NCBI GenBank assembly: GCA_946965045.2
Contig: OX337231.1
Span: forward strand, 1,116,001 to 1,180,000
Source: Epithemia pelagica
Lineage: Eukaryota > Protista > Bacillariophyta
Direction: 5' to 3'
Length of the DNA stretch: 64,000 nt
Shown here: in pieces, positions 52,076-64,000 of the stretch
Layout: the number at the start of each line of letters is the position of its first letter
How positions within the stretch are numbered: position 1 is the first letter of the stretch
Made by a program: the position numbers and the translations under genes
The notes under the pieces: model-generated
Told to the model about the DNA's origin: nothing
The model's input: the letters and a program-made list of their open reading frames with translations, nothing else
Databases searched by the model: none

Positions 52076-55000
52076 AAGGTATTCTAGGTATTACAGTTAA
52101 TATGTTTTCTCATATGGAGGACGACATCATTCCATTATGATGGTTGTGTTTCATGTGGATACTTGGTTTGTACCACGATTCGATAATACAGGGTATTTGC
52201 TTCCAATTGCTTGATGCTCATTGCTGAAGACTCGTTTGTCTCTTCGCTGGAGCTTCTGGATGACGCAACAATCAACCCCTTGCCGCTTGGTCGTTGCTGA
52301 CCACCACAATCCACTTTGTCACAACAATTTGCAGTCCCCTTTTCTTTTTCTTTGTTTTCATTTACACTACAATTTGCCCCATTGACTCCACGTGGGATTC
52401 CTCCACTCGTGAGGAGCGTGTTGGAAAAAGTGAGACAAAAGAAAAAATGATTCACGAGTGCACGAAACCGCCCGAAGCGAAAAATCAAACAATGACGGGG
52501 AAGTACATATAGGAACAGTCACGAGCAGATACGCGAGCCAGAAGGTAAGCGTGTAACGTTCGCTGACGTAGTGAAATTCGGAAAAGCAAAGACGAGCACG
52601 GCGAAAAAGTCTAGTGCTCATTCTTTGGAAATAATCAAGACAGTAAAAAGTAAGACGACGTTTGATTTACGACGATAGTGCCCAGCTGACGGCTCCATGC
52701 CTTTCATACAACACACCCTCCACATCTCCTGCCATGCCGAGTCTGTAGGTTGGGAGATAGAGGAGGGCCATCTTTATCCCAATTTTCTTTGGCTTGGATG
52801 TTTTCTTCCTCTTTTTTATTCTCGTCGATGAAACATGCATTGCATGAAATCTTCCGGCACTTACTTAAAACACAAGCAACGACGCTCCAAGGCCCAACCA
52901 ACATCACGCGGTGAGGGAGGCAACCACCGACGCGAACGAGGGAAAGGCAGGGCTCGAAAAGGAGCTCGCAACATCGAAAACACAAGAGGCAACGGCAGAG
53001 TCACATAGGAGACCAACACGCTTAAACACCACAACAGGTTGCTAGCAGTTTTAATGTGAAAATATTAGTGACAAGGGGGCAACAAATGGTGAGCATGCTG
53101 TAATTATGGGTCCAACTGGTGAATATTATTGAGAGAAAGTTGGATTTGCGACAGTTGGTTCCGATATTTTTTCCGTTGGTAATGAACATTCCAACCAAAA
53201 AGAAACTTGGAAGCCCAATAGAGTCTGGGCAGTTTGATGAAGCATCGAGCAACAAGTGCAGCGTTTGCTTGGCATAACAATCATGGACATTGTACATCCA
53301 CTCCTTTCCCAACCTTTTTTCAGACAGGTTTTATTCGCATCAGAATCTCTTTCGCGTTCCATTTCCAACTGATGTGAAGTCAGATGGACTTCATAAATGT
53401 ACTACTACGCCCGGATGTATTTTTCAGACGTCTTTTCGGCTGATTACCATCCTTGGCTTTGTTCGATGTGAGAAGTCGATCAGCAATCAGTGGAAACATC
53501 GTTTTCCCCTGTAGAATAAGCGATTTTGACCAATATGTCAGTCATTATTTCATCTTTTGCAAAATACTCTACAGTTATAAATCTACGTCAGTCCACGTAT
53601 GCCTTATAATCTAAAGGGAGTTTTCACCCAGGACTCACCTCCTTGTCGTGGCTTTGGGGTTTAGTATGAGAGTGGGAAGTCCGACGAAATATGATCGTTG
53701 CAAAATCAGAAAGTTTGTAAATAACGATGTTGTCATCATTTTTTGAATCGCGAGTTTTTGGTCATAACTCACTCAGCCGCTTTTTTTTTTGGTCGGTTTC
53801 AACAAAGCTTTAGCTTGTGATGAATGGAAACACTTGTATCTGTCCCGCGATAAATCGAAACACTTGTATTTGTCTTCCCACTCGTACGACAAAACGCAAA
53901 CAAAGAACTGTTCAAGGTAATAGTAGCAAAAGCGCAATCTTTTTACAGAGATCAGTTACCAGATAGTCTTCGACGTGACTAGATGGATTTCACCCACAAG
54001 GATCGAATGGCTTTCAAACTTAGGTACTGCGTCTTTCTTCAAACGTTATCAGGACATCCATTGCCTTATTACCTCCTCAATGTTCAGTCCGCCCCTGGGC
54101 CTCTTTAAATCAACTTTGGATAACCTTGAAAGCTATAGGGTATACACGCAGAGCCGGATGTCTACAGGTGGTCAGGAAGAGGCATATCAAGCAGACAGAC
54201 CATTACGACGCCTCACTATTTAGGTGAAGGTGATGAATGACATATAGAATTTAAGTGAATATCCCCGACCGGCTTCATCATAACAGAAATCGAATCAAAG
54301 CACGACCTAGGTATCCGCATTTTGGTATTCACTTTCATGGTCTGTTCCTCAGTCTGGAATTAGGTCTTATTCAGTGTGATTATTCACATGGCTGGGGAGG
54401 CTCTGTAGATCAAATCCGGTTGTGTGAATTCACGAATTTTTCTCAATCCCGGCAAGGCGGATGGAGAACCGCTTCCTGGTCTACGATAAGTTGGACCACA
54501 TGGTTAAAGTTATAGCGCCCAGAATTCTGTGGATTTTTGTGTTTGATTGTTGGTTCACATGGATGAAGCCTTTGTTTGCTGCGGGCAAGAGTAGGGGGAT
54601 GTGAAGTTAAATGTTTTCTTCACTATAACAAGCGACGTTAAAGCCCCTAGGCAGCTCTAATTGAATTAATTAATGAGTTTTTATTTTTATTTATTTCTTC
54701 ACTTATTATACGATCAAATCTCAATATGGTGTTTAAACCCAAATCAAACCCAAATCAGTCTGATGTTTGCTGTCGCACATTGAGCATGGTAATGTCAGGA
54801 ACGTAGTATCCCTGCATTGGAATAACAGTGTTGTCAATGATTTTCCACAGCGTCGTGTGTTTATGCATTTTGCCATCCTATTTTGGTCGATGCAATGGGC
54901 GGCCGTCAACACCAAAGTGCCGGTCAGAGCTCTAATTGAGATAGGATTAGTGAGGAAGTCTTTGCTTGATTGTGCTACTCTTGTTTTCTTATTGCCAGCA

Positions 55001-56304
55001 GTGCATAGAACAAAAGCATTAACCGTTGATTTCAAACTCGAAACAGCCCTTGATCTCCTTCACTTCGTCTATATCATAACCAGAAGAGACAGTTGTGGAA
55101 TTCCACATCAAGATCCTAATGGTTTCCGATCGTCCACAGTAGAGAAATCCAACTTAATCTCACCATCAAAAATGCGCCGAGGCTGAACTGTCATGATTGC
55201 ATTATTAGCAACAAAGGCCACGTGTGTCGGTCGTCTTCTAACAATTTCATGAAGACTGTTGCCATGCTTTGTCAAAATGTCCGATCCGAGTACAAACAAC
55301 TTTGCAACAACAACCCACCGCATTCGGAATGGTATAGTGCCACGATAAATAATGGCAGGGAAATTTTTCCACGATAGATAATGGCAGGGAAATAAAAAAG
55401 ACGTCCTTGGTGTGGTTGTCAACTTTATCGATCCCCGTAACCGCACAGACTATAAAATAAAAAATACCAATTGGTTTGTGCACAACAAAGGGCCACATGG
55501 CCAAACAAGTTGTCACCCATAGTCCTGAAGATACTACACTCAGTGGGCTTGACACAGAGGGATTTATGCGCTACTATTAATGACAATACAAACTCGGCAA
55601 TCTGGATGGGTAAATAAAATATCTTCGGCAACAAAACAGAGGACAAGTGCACCATGCACAGAGCAGAGCTCATATTGAAGCATGCCACTGGTATTTCGGC
55701 TCATAAACGGAAGGGCTCTGCAATTGATGAGAATCAAGCTTTGTACAAATTTACCAAGTGTTTCTGAAATTTGGTGCGTATTTGATGAGTAAAAAGGGTC
55801 CATCAATTTGATGCGCACTGAAAAACTTTGCCCAAAGTATTGGGAAAGTAATCATTGAAGTCGCCATGCCCAACAAAACGAGGGTTGGAGGGAGTTGCAG
55901 TTTGTTTTACGGCTTCCTTCTGATCAAGCATGTCGCTTATCTTTACTTCCATCACTGCATTCACTCAGATAAAGCATTTCACAAACATTATCCATAACGA
56001 AGGACCAATGGGCGGCAATGGCTCAGTGGGCGGCAATTGCTTAGTTCGAAGCCATTCTTCCTCCATTGAAGACTGTTTCCATGACTCTGCAGTCTGATGA
56101 ACCGTCTGCCTCTGGTGCCACTTTATTGGTTATCTTCAATGCCAAAAATTTAATTTCCAAGATGAAAAAGAACGGAGTAACATCATAGGTAGTAACTTCA
56201 CGACTTCTAACGACAAAGAATGTCGTTTCTCTGCCTTTGCTACAGGATAGGGCACTATAGGCTATAACAAGACTAAAATTGGGTATTTCAGTCTCTTGTT
56301 TCAG

Positions 56305-56390
56305 AACTTTTCACGACATTCCACGACTTTCCATGACTTTTCACAACATTTCACGACTTTTCACGACTCTTTACAACATTTCACGACAAC
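56305..56390. repeat. Degenerate ~11-bp minisatellite (ttcacgacttt-like)
   Basis: cacgac/catgac/cacaac cores recur at roughly 11-nt spacing. Confidence 0.7.
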
Positions 56391-57589
56391 AAAGACAATA
56401 TTGTCAAAGGGCAGGTTGAGGTCCATTTACTGCGGTAACTGATAAAAAACATTTATGAACCATATAGATAGACTTATCCTATGAAGCTAAATGTCGAGTA
56501 GGAGCTCTTTTGAGGCATGGTATCTTGTTCGTGCACCTTTTAACCTTCTCTCTTCCTGTGAGTGTTCCTGCTGGTATCATCGTCGGCTTCAGCAGGCTTC
56601 CACTCCACATGCTTCCAACTCGCCTTCTTGCCCTTGCTCCGCTGCTCGTTGATTGCAAGGGCCAACTGCCGATGGAAGATCTCGGTCATTGCTCCGGGCC
56701 CATTGGCTTCTTTGTGACTGCACAATCTTCGTCGTACACAGGGATCTCTCATCACAGCCCAGCAATATCGTCATCTTGCTCGAGAAGGGCCTCTTCGTAG
56801 CATCCTTCGTCTCGTCATGCCCAACAACACTCGACTTCTTGACCCAGGTACGACTCACCCAGCCGGGGTCTTCGGTTTCGATGATGACATATCTGCCAAC
56901 TTCTTTCCCTTCAGATCGACCCACCCCATAGACTCTTCTTGTATGTTGTTCCTTGCACAAAGCGGATGCGCTCGCCCTTCCTGTCAACATACCTTTCCGC
57001 TGGTTCGGGCTCCACCATCTTTGACATTGATTGTTATGGCAATTCAACGTTCGATGGTTTCGTGTTCTGTGAAAATTTCGAGCGATCAACCAAGTTTTCT
57101 CATTATTCTCATTATTCATTCCTTTTTCTAAGTACATGTATTTGTCAAGTATCGAAAACAGCAAAGAGTGTGAAGACTAGTTTAGGTTTTTCTACCACTA
57201 AGGGAAGCAATTCTACTTCTTTGTTCGCTAAACGCGCGTCCGCCGGTTGGTCTTTGCGTAGTCTATACAGTCGTCACTCGCACTTCTGTCGCGTCCTGCA
57301 AAACTAGGTCCTCTAGTTCGTTGTCATCCATCATAATCACCTGGGTGGGGTGTTGTTGTTTTCGGAAGACTGAATGCGAATCTAGCCTTGAGACCTTCGA
57401 GTGGCCGCTCTTGGTAGGACAAGGTCGGGATTTCACTGAGTAAACTCTCGTCCCGCCTGTCCTCGCCTTGTTCGGATACATCATTTGACATAGTCGTGCT
57501 GGATGGGGGACAGGTTGGAAGTCCATGTGAACCAAGTGGAGCTCGAGCCCGTTGAAGTTCTTGAGACAGGTCGACAGATAGAGACCCTT

Positions 57590-58446
57590 TCGTCGTCTAT
57601 CGACTTCATCAGTGCTGGCGTTGTTGTGTTTCGGGAACCGGTGGAACCTCGGTTTATGGCGGCAAGCACCATAATTTCATTGCACTTGTTTATCGCAAGT
57701 TTTGGGTTGAATTTGGTTGCTTTGAGAATTTCAAGTCTTTCATGTGCACACAATTTGCATTCTCTTGTTCCAAATGTCTTGACTGTCGACAATGGCTTTC
57801 CCTGCCAGAGTAGTTCCACCTTCAACCTCTCATGGTTCTTGATCTCCTTTTTGGGAATGTCTCTCAGAACAAAGCAGGCAAAGTGACTGGTGAAGGAGTC
57901 GGAGCTTTTGTCTTTCAGGATCAGTGCCTTGACATCTTGCACATGTTGTTGCATCCTTTTTTCACATGCTGCTGGGTGTTTCCGATGTAGTACTTCCCCG
58001 TCTGGAGGCAGGTCGCCTTATACACCACTATGGAGCGTCTACATTTCCCTCCATAGGGACAAGCCTCTCTGTCCCTGTAGTTGCAGTAGAGGTCTTCAAA
58101 GTCGAGGGATTTCAAGGTGTCGGTGAGTGTGGTTTTTAAGTCACCTTGGAAATGTTCTGTGATGTTTGTGAATCTATGATAGGACACGCAGCCATGAGAG
58201 GTTCGGGAATCTGCTCTCTTGATTTCCTTAATCATCTTGTGGACTGGCTTCCTCCAATTAGCTGATCTTGAAATAGATAGCTCTTTTCCTGTCCCTGTCT
58301 CGACATTTCTTCAGGGCATTGGTGGTTTCATCTTGCTTTTCACGTTCCATGTTGTTGGACGAGTCACCTAGTGATGGGATTTGGTCTGCCTTGATTAGGT
58401 TCGAGTTTGATAAGGCTTTGGAAATGCTTCGGGTAGAGTTTGTCAA
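57590..58446 (-). pseudogene. Penelope-like retroelement 3' part: end of RT/thumb plus GIY-YIG endonuclease, frameshifted
   Basis: VSYHRFTNITEHFQGDL...CPYGGKCRRSIVVYKATCLQTGKYYIGNTQQHVKK/MQQHVQDVK...SDSFTSHFA...CKLCAHERLEIL. Confidence 0.8.
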
Positions 58447-58479
58447 GGGTTGCGTTGCTGTTGGAGTCGTTTACTGAAG

Positions 58480-60830
58480 TGAGTTTTGTTAGGCGTTTGA
58501 TCACTCCATTCGGGATTGCCTTCAAGCAGCCTGGGGTGTGCAAGCTAAACGATCACATGCAGATGCATTTATGAACATATATAATGTTCACGCAAGCACA
58601 ATATTTGATTGTAATACCAATGTTGTGACAGCTGTTGATGGTGGAAGTGCTGTGATGTATATGACCGGTTACATTTCAAAAAACACATAAACAGAAGATA
58701 ATCTCCATTTCACAAAAGCTGCAAAACAGATGGTCACTAAAATGAAGGAAATGCTACAGATGATTCCCACATCCAAAATTTGGCAGAACCACAAGAATGT
58801 GACTGGAATGAAAGGGCTGATCGGTGCATTGTTGCTCTCGACTTCTGCACATATTTGCAATGCACCTATGGCTTCATACATAGTGAGAAATGAGTCAAGA
58901 TTCCATTTTCCACATGATTTTGCCTACTACGTCAATCTCAAGGATTTCGAAACTTCCAACTTTCAAGATTTGTCAGTTGATTCCATTGATGGAACACCAT
59001 TCTTGACCTCTAGTGTTGCAAACTATTTGTGTCGTTCTGTTGAGCTTGAGGGTATTTGTCTCTATGACTTTTTGGCTTGCTACTATACCGTCTGCCGAGG
59101 CTCGGACAAAACATTTCCTTGGATTAAATCTCATCCATCAAAAAACCATCTTGGAGTAACAGCATCAAAATATGAAAAAATTCCCATTGTAAATTTCAAT
59201 GACTTCATTGATACCAAAAGTTTTGGTATGCGGTCAATTGATATAGTCAATGTGCTACAAATTCAGGAACAAGATTCTGGACTACGTTCAATGGAAACCT
59301 ATGCCAAGAAAGCTAACTTGCTATTCTATCCATTTCAGGCAATTGCTGATTTGCAAAGTGAAGGCTCATATTTGAAGTGCTTTCAAGATGCGTTGACGAC
59401 TGGGATTCTGCAAGAACATCATGTAAGATACTTGCTTGGAAACATTCAAGATTGTCACAACAGCTTGAATGCAGGAAGGCCCCAAGATGCACTACAGTTA
59501 ACGACTGAACTTCCAACTTCAAATGATGTTATGGCTGAAATTGAGAATGATTTAGAAATGGTCTCACCAGCAGACATTGAAGATGCATTTGCCGAGTTGT
59601 TGGATGCTGTTCCTCATCTGACAGGTCCAACTATTGATCTCAGAAACTCAGAAAACATTTTCCAATGTGATTCAAGAGTAATTCGACAATGTGGAATGTC
59701 AAAATGCGGAAGTGAAAACATTGCCAGGCCAACTCTTCCCATTGAAACTTGCAGTGTGGGGTACAACAATGAATCAAATCATGACACTTCACACCAGACA
59801 CTGCATCATATAAATACAAATGCAAATGCACATGAATTGGAAAGCGTCAAATTTCCAACAATAAAAGGGCTTCATGAGCTTGCTATTTCAGTGACAGAAA
59901 GGATCATTGACGATGATGGAAAAGGAGACATGAAGGCAACTGGCACTCTCCACAACATACAAGAATATGCAGATTTTCATTTCAGACAAGATTCTGACCA
60001 AAAGTGTGCGTTTGAATCCATCACATCTGCTTTTATACTGAGAATGCATGATGAAGCTGCAAGGCATGCCAGAGATGGAGAGCCCATACAACCACAAAAA
60101 AGACAAAAACTTGATCATATTCAATGAACACTCCAAAAAGTCAATAGGCAAAACCAGTTTATTGCATTTTTGTCAGGGGCTGGGGGTTCTGGTAAAAGCC
60201 ACGTGATCAAGACCATTGTGAAATATGCAAAAAGTCTCTGGTGTGCCAACCTAGGTATCCAATATGACAAGTTGTTGTCACTGCGTTAACAGGTGCAGCA
60301 GCAGTTGGAATAAATGGGGAAACCACCCACATGGCCTGTGCCTTGAATCGAGAGGTTAAAGAAGAGCCTGACAAATGGAAAAATGCCTACCTTTTGATTG
60401 TCGATGAAATATCATTTGGATCAAAGGACTTCCTTGAAAGGCTTGACTTGAAGTTGAGGAAAATATTGCGCCCAAATGAACGCTTTGGAGGTATAGCAAG
60501 TGTTTTTGCTGGCGATTTCACATAGCTCAAGCCTGCCAAGGGACATCCATTGTACTTGTCCAAAGACTTTGAAACGTGGTATGAATGGTGCACACATTTG
60601 TTCTGGAGCTCAAAACCAACCACCGTTTCCATGAAGATCCACGCTGGGGGAGACGTCTTGCAAAATTTCGTGATGCAGGTCCTGGTGGAGACATGGATAT
60701 TGCCAAGATCAATACGCGAGTTGTTGGATCACCTGGTGGTCCCACAGAAAATGATATTCCTTCAACTGTTGTGTATGCAACCAAAACAAACATGGATAGG
60801 GCAGCTATCAATGAAGCCGAATGGCTGAAA
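58480..60830 (+). pseudogene. Helitron-like Rep-helicase: end of Rep, linker and PIF1-type helicase; degraded
   Basis: FMNIYN...CNTNVVTAVDGGSAVMYMTGYISK (Rep), NAPMASYIVRNESRFHF, Walker A GAGGSGKS (60176-60199), TALTGAAAVGINGETTH, Walker B IVDEISF (~60400), FAGDF*LKP, LELKTNHRF. Confidence 0.85.
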
Positions 60831-60879
60831 GGAGGCGCGCTGGGTTTCCAAGAGTGGGGCACTTTGACACGCGGTTAAT

Positions 60880-61260
60880 TTTTGCAATTCAGTATCTGGT
60901 TGAAAAAAAAACATAACACCCTGGTCTTTCTCACCTGGGTGAATAGCGGGGACTATACACAAACGGAAGAGTCATGCGGAGTCATTCCGCTACAACCAAC
61001 CTTGTTGACAGATGCAGTGAATTCGCTTCCTCTTGATGATATACCATTGACCAGAGAACAAAGATATCTTGCCAAACATCAAAGTGTGAAGCTTCCATTT
61101 ATGCCAATCACAAGTCAAGACGAGATGAGAGCCTTCCGGCAATTAGCACTTGATACGCCAGCCCTACTTGATGATTTGGAAAAAAATGGCCATTCGGTGG
61201 CTTGAACGGGTCAATGGTAAATCAATTCTGCCAAAACTGCCTGTGTATTTGAGGACATCT
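60880..61260 (+). pseudogene. Fragment of an unrelated TE-associated protein
   Basis: EQRYLAKHQSVKLPFMPITSQDEMRAF...then, frameshifted, VNGKSILPKLPVYLRT; abrupt junction with the helicase near 60850. Confidence 0.35.
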
Positions 61261-62339
61261 AAGGGTTGTTTTTTGGGTGGGGGTGGGTAATCACCCCGCT
61301 TACAATCAAGAAAATGCACCCCTCCCCCCAAAACCGCGCCCCTCCTAAAAAAAACCACGCACTTTCGCGTATTCACGCGCACAACCGACCCAACATGCGC
61401 CCATTTTTCAAATCATGCACGCGAAGTCTCCAAACACGCGCACAACAACCAAATCAAGCGCGTGACTCAGGGGTCATGCTCATTTTGCGCATTTCGCGCA
61501 CACATGTTCGTCAGAAGTTCGCATTACACAGAATTCCGTGCACATGTCGTTTCTTGCAATTCACCAATCAACCCCTCCCCCCAATACCACATATCTCAAC
61601 GCTTAGTATTAAAGTTCTGTATCCAATAGAAATGAATTAGAAATCAAATCCCTAGAGCGCCTCAACATAGATCTTTTCTCATGGTGACCGGTGTCTCTCC
61701 CTCCACCACAAACCCACGCTCCTCATCAAAGAAGGAGCAACAAAACAAGTACAAAGCAAGCAAAGAAACAAAGAAGATCATCCTTCTCCTCCTACATTCA
61801 CACCTGTTTCCATTTGAGAGTCTATCACGGTACAACACAGTTGATTGTTATTTGGTATTGTTTTCCTGAGTCTTTAGCCCGTTGTTTTCCTGTTGGAATT
61901 TGCCTTCCCTTCACTGAAGAGCTTGCTGCTTCACCCAGAAAACCGAAACCATTGTTTGTCCCTTTGGTGGTGGAGTCCGACTTTCTATTGGTACCCAAAG
62001 TCCTTTGAATTCCCTTGAGACCATTGGTTGATTGTTGTTTTGGTGGATTTCGGTTCATTGATTGAATCTGTCTTATTCGCTATTGGAATTTACCTGATTG
62101 TCAAAGAGCTTATTTCTTCACCTGAAAACCACAAACCATTGTTTGTGATCCAGTTGCGGCTGTGTTGGATTGTTCTCTTATTTCTTGGTGTTCAAAGCCT
62201 ATTACCGTCAGCCTTTTCAACCTGTTGCTTGTCGAATCTTTGGTTGGATTGTTGTTTGGTTGGATCTTGATTCTCTGTCTATTGAATCCAGGAGTCGGCC
62301 GTTTCACCGATTGTGTTTCTTGTTTGTTGGATTGAGCCT

Positions 62340-62830
62340 GTGACCCTGTGGTGGTGGTATTGTGCCCCTTCTCTAGTTCCTGAGTGCCGAAAGCCTTTTT
62401 GAATCCTGTTCATTATCTCGAAGCTATTGTTGGATTGTTGGCTTGTTTGGATTTTGATTCTTTGTGACCCAGTGGTGTTGGTATTCGATCCGCTGTCTTG
62501 TTTTGGAGTGCCGCAAGCCCTTTGAATCGCTTTCTTGTTGATCTCGAATCTATTGTTGGATTGTTGGTTGGCTCTGTGACCGAGTGGTGTTGGTATTCGA
62601 TCCGCTGTCTTGTTTTGGAGTGCCGCAAGCCCTTTGAATCGCTTTCTTGTTGATCTCGAATCTACTGTTGGATTGTTGGTTGGTTTGATTTGATTCTTCT
62701 TTGCGACCCTGTGGTTGTTGATTGGATCCCTTGTCTTATTTTTGAGAGCCGGAAGCCCTTTTGAATCCCTTTCCTGTCGATCTCGAATCTATTGTTGGAT
62801 TGTTGGTTGGTTGGAATTTGATTCTGTGCA
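62340..62830. repeat. 112-bp tandem repeat (2 near-identical copies at 62472 and 62584, plus degenerate flanking copies)
   Basis: gtggtgttggtattcgatccgctgtcttgttttggagtgccgcaagccctttgaatcgc repeats; atctcgaatctattgttggattgttggttgg occurs 3-4 times. Confidence 0.88.
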
Positions 62831-62968
62831 TCATTGGTATTTGGATTTGCGGTCTTGAATACTGTGGTGGTACTGGAGGACTTGATCTTGTAAGCATTTC
62901 TTGAATTGTGAATGATTCCTCCCTGTTACAAGAAAGTACAAACAAGCTGGTGAAAAGGTAGTAGCCAG

Positions 62969-63619
62969 TTGTCTCTAATACTTTCTTTCGGGATTGATAT
63001 CTATGCAGGAGTGGTACCTGTTGGTGGTCTAATGTCAAGCAACATGTCGGAGCAAAACGAAGATTCTGTGCTGGTTGGTGCTTTGCCTGCCCCTTTCAGT
63101 GAAGCAATGAAGAAGACTCCCTTGACGTTGGAACGAACAGTGTTTTTTGTACATGAGCGATGGAAGGAATGCCCTATTCAAGACTGGGTTGCTATCGATA
63201 TAGTGTACCCCATTGGTCCTACAGCATTGGTCCACGACTTTAGAAGACAAATGATCGTCAAGTTGGCATTGCCGCCTTGTTCCTCTACGTTACTACAAGA
63301 TATCCTTTGTCATGCGGCATTTTGTATCCCCAAGATACAAGCCGAGGTGGGTCATGACTGCGACAAGGAGCCATTCCGGACTGCTGCACTACGCATGTTC
63401 CTGAGGACTCTGTATGATAGTGCGGTGGATTACTGGCAACGAGTTTTTCCATCTGGCACAGAAGAAACTATCGATGGGCAAGAGCTTGGTTTTCGACAGA
63501 CAGTTGTTCATTGGATCCGGAATCATGAAATTTTTGGAAACGATGACACAGTTATATCAGTGTCCTTAGATGCGCTGAAGGTTCATTTGACCGACCATCG
63601 CTTTTACACTACAAGCTGA
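62969..63619 (+). CDS. Hypothetical protein fragment (216 aa), probably continuing in broken frames to the window end
   Basis: Natural-looking ORF (VYPIGPTALV...FRTAALRMFLRTLYDSAVDYWQRVFP); family not recognised. Confidence 0.45.
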   Translation: MSLILSFGIDIYAGVVPVGGLMSSNMSEQNEDSVLVGALPAPFSEAMKKTPLTLERTVFFVHERWKECPIQDWVAIDIVYPIGPTALVHDFRRQMIVKLALPPCSSTLLQDILCHAAFCIPKIQAEVGHDCDKEPFRTAALRMFLRTLYDSAVDYWQRVFPSGTEETIDGQELGFRQTVVHWIRNHEIFGNDDTVISVSLDALKVHLTDHRFYTTS

Positions 63620-64000
63620 CGTACGATGGAATCAAGATTCCCGTGTTGGTTCGAGGCCTTGAGTTGCTCCAGAGGATTCATAAATTGATCCATCCCAGCC
63701 AGGAAGAATTGTCACAGGGGGAGATCGTAACTGCGTTTGTTTCTACTATGCCCGATAAATTTCTCGTCACCTATGCTGAAGAATTTGGTGGGACGGAAGA
63801 ACAAGTCACATCACTGAGTTTGACACATATTGCTATGCGTTTTTCTAATATCGCGGATGCTGTCCACCGTGATGCCTGTTTTGAAGATATAAAGCGTACG
63901 ATGAAAAGACGGCAGCTGAAATTGAATCTGGCCCGACAATCGCAACCTGATCGTGTTGGAACTGAAAACGACGAATCGAATATCATAGAGGAAAGGAAAA

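Noticed and set aside
52100-57250. Degraded protein-like stretches on the minus strand (possible protease or other TE cargo)
   Set aside because: Too many stops and no complete catalytic motif could be assembled.

Overview
Eukaryotic, transposon-saturated DNA, most likely from a diatom or other stramenopile. The host is inferred from CoDi-type Copia gag/pol motifs and GT-AG introns with CTAAC branch sites. I found no intact host housekeeping gene, RNA gene or CRISPR array. Two DNA transposons can be delimited by their terminal inverted repeats, and each carries a chromatin-modifier-like cargo gene. (1) A 5.7-kb Mutator-like element (46372-52075, perfect 87-bp TIRs) carries a MULE/SWIM transposase facing a 2OG-Fe(II) dioxygenase whose motifs resemble TET/JBP (HKD...FPELG..V.LR..D.L.FN..EYH). 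(2) An 8.8-kb IS630/Tc1/mariner-like element (2541-11308, 23-bp TIRs, TA/CTAG target duplication) inserted into a Copia element carries an intact SET-domain gene and a spliced unknown gene. Its transposase holds a ~630-bp three-tier microsatellite. The rest is a patchwork of decayed elements: Copia, DIRS-like, PIF/Harbinger, Helitron-like (with SLX1-type GIY-YIG), Penelope-like and a Transib/Chapaev/RAG1-like DDE transposase, plus nested tandem duplications (2820 bp containing 330 bp) and a 179-bp repeat whose unit is one exon plus one intron. All family calls come from motif recognition by eye; no database search was run.
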